From the NCBI GenBank assembly GCA_963575745.1, contig CAUYUJ010000267.1, positions 1 to 64,000 of the forward strand: a DNA stretch of 64,000 nt, read 5' to 3'. The stretch is from Prorocentrum cordatum (Eukaryota). Shown piece after piece: positions 24,866-35,540 of the stretch. The notes beneath the pieces were generated by a model. The model searched no databases and was not told where the DNA came from. It saw only the letters and a list, made by a program, of their open reading frames with translations. Position 1 is the stretch's first letter; each line of letters opens with the position of its first letter. The position numbers and the translations under genes are program-made.

Positions 24866-26346
24866 AATTATCCTGGCGAAGGACCCAACCATATTCAGTT
24901 GCGAGTAACGCATTGACGGTGCCGTTATCGGTGGGACACGACACGCGTAAGGGGCGCGCCGTAATGGGTGTGGCGGACGCGTGCGGGCACCCCCACTGGG
25001 GCCTTCGGTGGAGCCCCGATGGGGCCACGAAACGCTGTGCTGGGTGTGGCGGACGCATGCGGGCGGTGGAGCTCCCTATGGGGCCACGAAACGCTATGCT
25101 GGGTGTGGCGGACGCATGCGGGCACCCCCACTGGGGCCTTCGGTGGAGCTCCTCATGGGGCCACGAAGCGCCGTGCTCGGTGTGGCGGACGCATGCGGGC
25201 ACCCCCACTGGGCCTTCGGTGGAGCTCCCTCTGGGACCACCAAGCGCTGTGCTGGGTGTGGCGGACGCATGCGGGCACCCCCACTGGGGCCTTCGATGGA
25301 GCTCCCTATGGGGCCACGAAACGCTGTGCTGGGTGTGGCGGACGCATGCGGGCACCCCTACTGGCGCCTTCGGTGGAGCTCCCAATGGGGCCACGAAGAG
25401 CTTGTACTGGGATTGTGGCATGTGGCGGAGCATGCGGGCCACCCCCACGAGCTTCGGGTGAGCTACCTAGGGGGCCACGGAACGCTGGCGAAAGACATCG
25501 GGACGAATGTCGGGGCAACCCCAGCAAGAGCTCGGTGGAGCCTCCCTATGGGGCCACGCAAACGCTGCGCTAAGATCCTGGCGGCAGGTAAAAGGCGCGT
25601 ACCAACACCCAGTGTGGCGGACGTGGCCATTGGACGCTTCCCTGGGGCCCTCGGTGGGGCTTCCCTATGGGGTTTTTGTGGGCCCCCGAAACGCTGTGCT
25701 GGTGTGGGCGGACGCATGCGGGCACACAAACTGAGACCTTCGGTGGAGCTCCCCAGGGCAACCGAAACGCTGGTGCTGGGGTGTGGCAACGCATGCGGGC
25801 ACCCCCACTGGGGCTCCGGTGTGGAGCTCCCCAGGGGCCACGAAACTGCGGGTCGGGTTGGGCGGACGCATGCGGGCACCCCCACTGGGGCCTTCGGTGG
25901 AGCTCCCTATGGGGCCACGAAAAGCCGTGCTCGGTGTGGCGGGCGCATGCGGGCACCCCCACTGGGGCCTTCGGTGGAGCTCCCTCTGGGACCACGGAAC
26001 GCTGTGCTGGGTGTGTCGGGCGCATGCGGGCACCCCCACTGGGGCCTTCGGTGGATCTCCGTATGGGGCCACGAAACGCTGTGCTGGGTGTGGCGGACGC
26101 ATGCGGGCACCCCCACTGGAGCCGTCGGTTGAGCTCCCTATGGGGCCACAAAACGTGTGAGGGGTGTACCGAAAGGGGCCATGATGACGATCATGACGGT
26201 GATGGCGATGATGATGATGAAGACGGTGATGATGACGTCGATGGTGGTGATGATGGTGACAATGATGGTGATGATGGTGATGGTGATGGTGATGGTGATG
26301 GTGATGATGATGATGATGATGATGCTGATGATGATGATGATGATGC

Positions 26347-26384
<38 letters not shown>

Positions 26385-26575
26385 CTGATGCTGCTGATGA
26401 TGATGATGATGATGATGCTGATATTGATGATGATATTGATGATGATGATGCTGCTGCTGATGATGATGGTGATGATGATGATGATGATGATGATGATGGG
26501 GAGGAGGGGCGAGGAGGAGTGAACGCGGGGCGCTGTCTCTTCAAAACGAGGACCCAACACCACAAGATGGCTGGG
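24866..26575 (-). mobile_element. Helentron/DINE-1-like element, copy C, with 77-bp satellite and (GAT)n
   Basis: Same termini and same spacer insertion site as copy B, with different array lengths. Confidence 0.75.
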
Positions 26576-26770
26576 AAATATGTTTGGGGCCTCTAAGGCC
26601 TCGAAGACTCCTTTTCAACATTGTTTGGGCGTTTTCTTACGATCAACCGCAGAGCGGCTGCTACTGGACAGTCAGCGGCGAAAGGGTATACCAAGCGAAT
26701 TCTGTCAATCGCAAGTCCAACGACTGCAATGACAAACAAAAAGGGCTTGCAGCTTGAACGACCGCATTAC

Positions 26771-27885
26771 TCAAAAATATGCCACTGCGGTTGAGGCGTT
26801 CTTGGGACTGGCACCGAGACCAAGCCCGTCAAGCGAGAGCAAACTGATTCTGTTCTGGCAGTTCAGACTGGGCTCAGCTGCGGCCGTGTGGTCGTCCAAT
26901 CCCAGAATCCCGCCCACAGGATACCCTGCAAACTACAGGTTGCGGACGAAAATGTTCAGGTAGACGATGCCACTCCTTAGTGTGCCATGCACACCGTCAG
27001 ATCAACCTGGCCTGAAGCGCAGCCAACGCACCGGACTCCCTTCTCAGCGACAGGCCGGCCGCTGAAGGGCGGGCCCTTTGAGCCGACCCATCTCCCCGTC
27101 AGGTTCACCGACTGGAAGTACATGTCAGCGCACGCCACGCCCATCTGACGCGCCTCCGCATCGACGCTCAACAAGGCGGCCCCGCGTTTGGCACCCCGGG
27201 GAACCCGCACCAGCGTGTGCCATCCCTCCTTGCGGAGGTCGAACCGCTGCCCGAACACGTTGGCGAGGTGAGGGTCCCCTTTCGCCTGCGCCTGTCCACC
27301 CGCCGCACCAGCCGGCGGCGAGGACGACGTGGGGCTGGGAGTCGGGCTGGGCGTCGGGTTGGGAGTCGGGCTGTTCGTCGTCGGGCACGCTACGCTTCCC
27401 GACACCGTCGCTGGGTACAGATTGGAGCAGCCCTCCATCAAGACCATGGTGTGGCCTATCAGGAGAGTGAAGCTTGACGACGTGCTGCAGGCCCCCAGGG
27501 TGAATTCGAAGACCGCCCAGTCGTCGTAACCGTCGTAGCCAGGGCAAGTGGAAATCACGCTTGTCGAGAAGCCGTTCGCGCACAGCGAATCCAGATAGGA
27601 GACGGATGTGTCTGGTAGCATAAAATCTGCTTGCCGCGTGATCTGGTTGCCCGAACTGTCCGACAAGGTCATGGTGCCTGCATGGCTGGGCTCGCTCAGT
27701 GAAGAGTGCCAGTGCTGCACGAACGCGAGCAGCTTGCCTGCGGGCGAGATGCAAGCGCGCACTTGTGTCCCATGCCGCCGCGAAACGTTCGCCCCTCCAA
27801 TTGCAGGCGCACCCGCCAGCAGACCGGTTGCGGTGCGAATGCCCCCCATGAACACGAGCGTGATGAGCAACCCCTTGAGGGTCAT
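26771..27885 (-). CDS. GDPH protein copy 4 (indel patch at ~26930-27080)
   Basis: Near-identical to copy 2, with a 12-nt in-frame deletion in the Pro-rich linker. The frameshifts cluster in one noisy patch. Confidence 0.65.
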
Positions 27886-28925
27886 CTCTGAAGGTACTGA
27901 ATACAAGTGAGGATCCGGATCTCTGCTTAATGCATAAGCGCTCTGGCAGCGACGCGCTGAGCCAAACATGCTTCGCGGTCAGCCCCGAGGTTTCTCATTG
28001 TTTCTCCATCCGTCACCACCTCTCATTCTCTCGCTCCCTCTCTCTCTCTGTCTGTCTCTGTCTCCGTCTCTCTCCCTCTCTCTCTATCCCCCTCTCCCTG
28101 CAACCCGCCCTCGCCCTCTCCTTACGCATGTCGATGCCTCAAACACTGCTTGCTTAGGGTTCTTGCACTTCGATGTGTGAAGTCATTGGATGGGCTTGCC
28201 CGGCTTTGGCCATGCTGCTGCCTGCGCCGCCGCTTGGGCGCCTCGTGGGCGCCCCGTGCGCTGGGTGGGCTTCCCGAGGTTGCGCCGCGCTGCCGTCCGT
28301 GCCGCCTCCTGGGCACTCCGTGCGCTGAGTGGGATGTCCGAAGTTGTGCCACGTTTGCGCCAGTGGCGCCCTACGAGCGCCCCGTAATCTGACCTAACAT
28401 GACACAGTTGTCGCCACATGTTTTACCCCACATCGCCTGCACCGCACAGATTGCACAGCATAGCTTGAATCTCATAGCTGGCATTCAATAGCGCGCACCT
28501 CCAAGTCACACCGCCTAGCTTGGCACCACATAGCTGCACCACAATAGTTGTTTTTACCTACACAGCTCACACTCACAAGCAAAAGTTTACTCGACGCAGC
28601 GTTCGCGCAATAACTTCCACACCGCATGGCTTTCACCTCCCTTTAAAACGCCGTTGGAATCCCCTATTGCTTTAAGAGGCTTTTTTTGGTGCACGAACAG
28701 GCCTCCGGGTAAGTCCTCTGAAAAATAGTTTGGGGCCTCTGAGGCCTCGAGACTCCTTTTTCACATTGTTTTGGGCGTTTTTCCTTTAAGATCAAGCCGC
28801 AGAGCGTCTGTTACGGTACAGTCAGCGGGCGAAAGGGTAATACAAGCGAATCTTGTTCAATATCGAATCCCCCAACGACTGCAATGACAAACAAAAAGGG
28901 CTTGCAGCTTGAACGACCGCATTAC

Positions 28926-29734
28926 TCAAAAATATGCCACTGCGGTTGAGGCGTTCTTGGGACTGGCACCGAGACCAAGCCCGTCAAGCGAGAGCAAACT
29001 GATTCTGTTCTGGCAGTTCAGACTGGGCTCAGCTGCGGCCGTGTGGTCGTCCAATCCCAGAATCCCGCCCACAGGATACCCTGCAAACTTCAGGTTGCGG
29101 ACGAAAAGGTTCAGGTAGACGATGCCACTCTTAGTGTGGCCCTGCACCACCTTCAGCTCCACCTGGCCGAATCGCAGCCAACGCCCGGACTCCTTCTCAG
29201 CGACATGGCCGGCGCTGAAGGCGCGGCCCTTTGAGCCGACCCATCTCCCCGTCAGGTTCACCGACTGGAAGTACATGTCAGCGCACGCCACGCCCATCTG
29301 ACGCGCCTCCGCATCGACGCTCAACAAGGCGGCCCCGCGTTTGGCACCCCGGGGAACCCGCACCAGCGTGTGCCATCCCTCCTTGCGGAGGTCGAACCGC
29401 TGCCCGAACACGTTGGCGAGGTGAGGGTCCCCTTTCGCCTGCGCCTGTCCACCTGCCGCACCGGCCGGCGGCGGGGGCGGCCTCGAGGACGACGTGGGGC
29501 TGGGAGTTGGGCTGGGCGTCGGGTTGGGAGTCGGGCTGTTCGTCGTCGGGCACGCTACGCTTCCCGACACCGTCGCTGGGTACAGATTGGAGCAGCCCTC
29601 CATCAAGACCATGGTGTGGCCTATCAGGAGAGTGAAGCTTGACGACGTGCTGCAGGCCCCCAGCGTGAATTCGAAGACTGCCCAGTCGTGGTAACCGTCG
29701 TAGCCAGGGCAAGTGGAAATCACGCTTGTCGAAA
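28926..29734 (-). pseudogene. GDPH protein copy 5, 5'-truncated
   Basis: Identity with the other copies stops abruptly at gtcgaaa|ctcctttt (29734); the signal peptide is missing. Confidence 0.8.
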
Positions 29735-29984
29735 CTCCTTTTTTTCTATCCCTGGGAGGGCTAAAACTCGACACCCCTCACGAGGATCGTCGCCCCCAGA
29801 GGGGGACACTGAAAAATGCTCGCCTCATCTGCGACCGATCGCCCCCAAAATGGCCTCATCAGGCCCCCAAGACGCTCCAAGAGGCGACCCAGAGAGCCTT
29901 CGGACGTTCCCCAGACGCTCAAAAGAGAGCCCCAGAGGCCCCAAAACGGCCTCCAAGACGCCTGCCCATTGCCTTGGATACGAC

Positions 29985-30080
29985 TACTCGTCCTACTACT
30001 ACTACTACTACTACTACTACTGCTACTACTACTACTACTACTACTGCTACTACTACTACTACTACTACTACTAATCCCAG

Positions 30081-30120
<40 letters not shown>

Positions 30121-30133
30121 GCCTACTACTACT

Positions 30134-30189
<56 letters not shown>

Positions 30190-30309
30190 GGCCAATACTA
30201 CTACTACTACTACTACTACTACTGCTGCTACTGCTGCTACGACTACTACTTCTACTACTACAACTACTACTTCTACTACCACCACTACTGCTATTACTAC
30301 TACTACTCA

Positions 30310-30353
<44 letters not shown>

Positions 30354-30410
30354 CATCTTTTACTTCTACTAGTACACCTACTACTATTACTACTATTACT
30401 ACCTCACTAA

Positions 30411-30442
<32 letters not shown>

Positions 30443-30809
30443 CTACTGACTACCCTACTAGTACTAACCCCCAAACTACTACGACTACGACTACGACTAC
30501 TAACTAACTACTAAACTACTACCACTAACTAACTAACTTACACTTTACTACTAACTACTATCTACACCTGTTCTAACCTATTGAATTACTTTACTATTAC
30601 TACTTTACCTGCGACTGTTCCTCGCACTATTACTATTACTACTAACTCTACTACTCCTACTACTAACACTACTAACTACTAATACTACGAACTACTAACT
30701 ACTTACTACTAACTACTAACTACTAACTACTAACTACCAACTACTAACTACTTACTACTAACTACTACTAACTACTACTAACTACTACTAACTACTACTA
30801 ACTACTACT

Positions 30810-30872
<63 letters not shown>

Positions 30873-30967
30873 CACTACGACTACTTCTACACTTACTACT
30901 ACTGCTACTACTACTACTACGACTGCTACTACTATTATTACTACTAATACTATTTCATCTGCTACTC

Positions 30968-31043
<76 letters not shown>

Positions 31044-31057
31044 GACTACTCCTACTA
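29985..31057. repeat. (ACT)n microsatellite with (ACTA) variants
   Basis: Direct reading of the sequence. Confidence 0.95.
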
Positions 31058-31660
31058 CGAGGGGACCGAACGACTCGCACCAGGACGAGGTGCCCGAACG
31101 CCTCACACCACGAGGAGCCCGAACGACTCACACCAGGACGAGGGGCCCGAACGACTCACACCACGAAGAGCCCGAACGACTCACACCAGGAGGAGGGGCC
31201 GAACGACTCACAACAGGACGAGGCGCCCGGGCGACTCACACCACGAGGAGCCCGAACGGCTCGCACCAGGACCAGGGGCCCGAACGACTCACACCAACCA
31301 GGAGCCCGAACGACTCACACCAGGAGGGGCCCGAACGACTCACACCAGGACGAGGGGCTCGAACAACTCACACCACGAGAAGCCCGAACGACTCACACCA
31401 GGACGAAGAGCCCGAACGACTCAAACCACGAAGAGCCCGACCGACTCACACCAGGAAGAAGGGCCCGAACGACTCACACCAGGACGAGAGGCCCGAACGA
31501 CTCAAACCACGAGGAGCCCGAACGGCTCGCACCAGGACCAGGGGCCCGAACGACTCACATCACGAGGAGCCCGAACGACTCACACCAGGAAGAGGGGCCC
31601 GAAGGACTCACACGGACGATGGGGCCGAACGACTCACCCCACGAGGGGCCCCAACGACTC
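31058..31660 (+). repeat. Minisatellite of alternating ~25/28-bp units (core GCCCGAACGACTCACACCA)
   Basis: The cccgaacg core occurs at 31093, 31118, 31146, 31171 and onward; followed by (GTC)n to ~31840. Confidence 0.9.
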
Positions 31661-31743
31661 CCACCAGTCGTCGTCGTCGTCGTCGTCGTCGTCGTAGTCG
31701 TCGTCGTCGTCGCCGCCGCCTTCGTCGTCGTCGTCGTCGTCGA

Positions 31744-31784
<41 letters not shown>

Positions 31785-32091
31785 TGGTCGTCGTCGTCGT
31801 CGCGGTCGATGTCGTCGTCGTCGTCGGGTGTGTCGTCGTTGTTAGGATCATCGCTGTGGTCGTCTCCGCTAAATCCCTCTTGCCTCCCACCGCTTTCTCT
31901 CCCTCCTCCTCCGCCTCGTCCTTCTCCCGCTCCCACCACAAGAGGATGTACAAGGAGGCGGGAGGAAGGAGGAACAGGGGAGATATGCGGGGGCAGGCGG
32001 AAACACGCCTGAAAAACACGACTGTCGGCATGCTTCGCAAGACTTGCTGTTTTGAGATGGGCTGGTGGGGATACGCGAAGCGTGAAGAATT

Positions 32092-32883
32092 AATCGATCC
32101 AGTGGCAATGCTGCAACCATAAAATGCATCCATTGATGCTGGTATATAAAATGCGCAGGAGCCGAAAGACAACTCCCAAAACCTTGATGGCAACGTATAG
32201 AAAGCCACTTGAGTGTTAACGTTGGAAATTATGCAAGAAACCGTTGCAGAAATTACCGAAAAAACTATAAGCACGATCAGTGGCGACCGGTTTGCGCTCA
32301 ACTTCTGTGCGTAGCCAAGCACGAAGGGAAAGAGTATATAGAATTGCTCCTCCACGCCCAGGGACCACAAGTGAGTGAAGGGATTTAGGGCCAAATTCTT
32401 ATGTCCCCGCTCGAAATAATCGAGCTGAAGGCTCGCAAAATAATTGTTGGCCAAACCGAAAAGCCCGAGCACGCCTGCCGTATAGTAGCCGGTCAAGTCT
32501 GAAACATACGTTGGCGTGAAGATGTTGGTGAAGACCGCGGTTGTGAGCACAGTCGCCATAAGAGCAGGAACCAAGCGCCACATTCGCCTGCCAAAAAACG
32601 CAAACGTTTTATCGCACAACGGCAGGTCGCCATGAATAAGCGAAGCTGTGTTGACATAGCCCGAGATGGTGAAGAATATATCGACCCCGGTGAATCCACC
32701 TGGAAGCCACGTCGGATTGAAATGGAAAGCGATGACAGAAAGCACCGCCACAGCACGCAGCCCATCGATGTCGGCCCGCCTCTGCGAGCTGGCACTACTA
32801 TGCTCCTCCAACGCATGGGGGGCATCTTTGAAAAAAGGCTTTTCTGGGTCATCTGATTCATTACTTGCCATTGGCTCGATCAT
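32092..32883 (-). pseudogene. 3'-truncated retrocopy of an OafA/YrhL-type membrane O-acyltransferase (Acyl_transf_3)
   Basis: Motifs RADIDGLRAVAVLSVIAFH, GGFTGVDIFFTISGY, RRMWRLVPAL, HLWSLGVEEQFY, SRFWEL. Intronless, with SL upstream. The frame runs into repeats below 32092. Confidence 0.85.
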
Positions 32884-32921
32884 TGGCAACAATGACGGGA
32901 ATTACGCTTGTGCTGTCACGG

Positions 32922-32958
32922 CTTGAGCCAATATGGCTTGAGCCAAAATGGCTACGGA
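32922..32958 (-). other. Full dinoflagellate spliced leader plus tandem SL relic
   Basis: Minus strand reads TCCGTAGCCATTTTGGCTCAAG (32958-32937) then CCATATTGGCTCAAG (32936-32922), 38 nt before the ATG. Confidence 0.95.
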
Positions 32959-33293
32959 GGGTTCGGGCTCCCCCTCTTGGGCCCGCGTTGGGGCTGTCTT
33001 GAAGCCCTCCTGGGCCTTCTTGGGCGACTCTTGGGCGTCCCCGAGACCACAACCCCGCGTACACTACTCAAGATTCGCGTCCCAGAGACCACGACCCCTC
33101 GTAAATTACTCGATAGTCGCACCCCCGACGCCATAATCCCTTCTAAATCACGCCATGTTCACAAACAGGCCTCACGACATACTTCGGAATCGCCCCCCCC
33201 TGCCCCCTTTCCCCGGTGCTTAGACAAGGGGGCGACCGACAAACTAACGCAAAAACCTACAAACTAAAACAACAATCGGCAAACTAAAAAAAA

Positions 33294-35536
33294 TAGCCAG
33301 ACGAAGGACCCAACAATGTGCAGGTGTGAATACCGCAGTTGACACTACCAATTTCGGTGGGGCTCCCTATAGGGCCACGGAACGTGTGAAAGGGATGGGT
33401 GTGCGGGACGCATGCGGGCGGCAGCACTGGGGCCTTCGGTGGAGCTCCCTATGGGGCCACGAAACGTGTGAGGGAGTTGACGAAATGGGTGTGGCTGACG
33501 CATGCGGGCGCGGGCACTGGGGCCTTCGGTGGAGCTCCCTATGGGGCCACGAAACGTTGAGGGGTGTGCCGAAATGGGTGTGGCTGACGCATGCGGGCGC
33601 AGCACTGGGGCCTTCGGTGGAGCTCCCTATGGGGCCACGAAACGTGTGAGGGGTGTGCCGAAATGGTTGTGGGTGACGCATGCGGGCGGCAGCACTGGGG
33701 CCTTCGGTGGAGTTCCCTATGGAGCCACGAAACGTGTGAGGGGTGTGCCGAAATGGGTGTGGGTGACGCATGCGGGCGCGGGCACTGGGGCCTTCGGTGG
33801 AGCTCCCTATGGAGCCACGAAACGTGTGAGGGGTGTACCGAAATGGGTGTGGGTGACGCATGCGGGCGCGGGCACTGGGGCCTTCGGTGGAGCCCCCGAT
33901 GGGGCCACGAAACGTGCTATATATGTGTGTGCCGAAAACATGTGTCGGATGACGCAGCGGCACCGCGCGGGCACTTGGGGCCCTTCGGTGGAGCTCCCTA
34001 TGAGAAAACACGAAGCGTGTGAGGGGGGTCGTGCGTCCGGAATCGGGTGTGGCGAACGCACCATGCGGGCGCGGCACGGGGGCCTTCGGTGGAGATCCCC
34101 ATGGGACCCACGGATCCTCGTGAGGTTGTGTGCCGAAATGCCTGTGTGGCTGTACGCATGCGGTTGCGGGCACTGGGGCACTTCTTCGGTTGGAGCTCCC
34201 AATGGAGCACGAAGCGTGTGAGGGGCGTGTGCCGAAAATGGGTGCCCCCTCTTCTCATGCGGGCGCGGGCATTGGGGCCTTCGGTGGAGCTCCCTATGGA
34301 ACCACGAAACGTGTGAGGGGTGTGCCGAAATGGGTGTTGGTGGCGCATGCGGGCGCGGGCACTGAGGCCTTCGGTGGAGCTCCATATGGAGCCACGAAAC
34401 GTGTGAGGGGTGTGCCGAAATGGGTGTGGGTGACGCATGCGGGCGCGGGCACTGGGGCCTTCGGTGGAGCTCCCTATGGAGCCACGAAACGTGTGAGGGG
34501 TGTGCCGAAATAGGTGTGGCTGACGCATGCGGGCGCGGGCACTGGGGCCTTCGGTGGAGCTCCCTATGGAGCCACGAAACGTGTGAGGGGTGTGCCGAAA
34601 TGGGTGTGGGTGACGCATGCGGGCGCGAGCACTGGGGCCTTCGGTGGAGCTCCCTATGGAGCCACGAAACGTGTGAGGGGTGTGCCGAAATGGGTGTGGG
34701 TGACGCATGCGGGCGCGGGCACTGGGGCCTTCGGTGGAGCTCCCTATGGAGCCACGAAGCGTGTGAGGGGTGTGCCGAAATGGGCGTGGCTGGCGCATGC
34801 GGGCGCGGGCACTGAGGCCTTCGGTGGAGCTCCCTATGGAGCCACGGAACGCGTGAGGGGTGTGCCGAAATGGGTGTGGGTGACGCATGCGGGCGCGGGC
34901 ACTGGGGCCTTCGGTGGAGCTCCCTATGGAGCCACGAAACGTGTGAGGGGTGTGCCGAATTGGGTGTGGGTGACGCATGCGGGCGCGGGAACTGGGGCCT
35001 TCGGTGGAGCTCCCTATGGAGCCACGAAACGTGTGAGGGGTGTGCCGAAATGGGTGTGGCTTGACGCAATGCGGTGCGCGGGGCACTGGGGCCTCAGTGG
35101 AGTTCCTAGGGAGCCACGAACGTGTGAGGGGTTTTTTGTGCCGCCATTGGTGTGGCTCTGACGCATGCGGGCGCGGGCCACTGGGGCCTTCGGTGGAGCT
35201 CCCTATGGAGCCACGAAAAACGTGTGAGGGGTGTGCCAGAAATGGGTGGGTGGACGCATGCGGGCGCGGGCACTGGGGCCTTCGGTTGAGCTCCCTATGG
35301 AGCCACGAAGCGTGTGAGGGGTGTGCCGAAATGGGTGTGGCTGACGCATGCGAGCGCGGGCACTGGGGCCTTCGGTGGAGCTCCCTATGGAGCCACGAAG
35401 CGTGTGAGGGGTGTGCCGAAATGGGCGTGGCTGACGCATGCGGGCGCGGGCACGAGGGAGGAGGGGGCAGCGGGAGGAAGGAGACGCGGGGCACCGTCTC
35501 TTCAAAACGAGGACCCAACACCACAGGATGGTTGGG
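33294..35536 (-). mobile_element. Helentron/DINE-1-like element, copy D, with 90-bp satellite
   Basis: Ends CGAAGGACCCAACAAT and CTCTTCAAAACGAGGACCCAACACCACAGGATGGTTGGG. Period 90 (34321, 34411, 34501). Confidence 0.75.
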
Positions 35537-35540
35537 ACAA

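Noticed and set aside
31555..32091. C-terminal half of the 445-aa acyltransferase ORF
   Set aside because: Read-through into a repeat terminus and (GAC)n; no acyltransferase or SGNH similarity.
32937..32958. SL RNA gene
   Set aside because: The SL is followed by a relic and mRNA sequence rather than a GT-starting SL intron.
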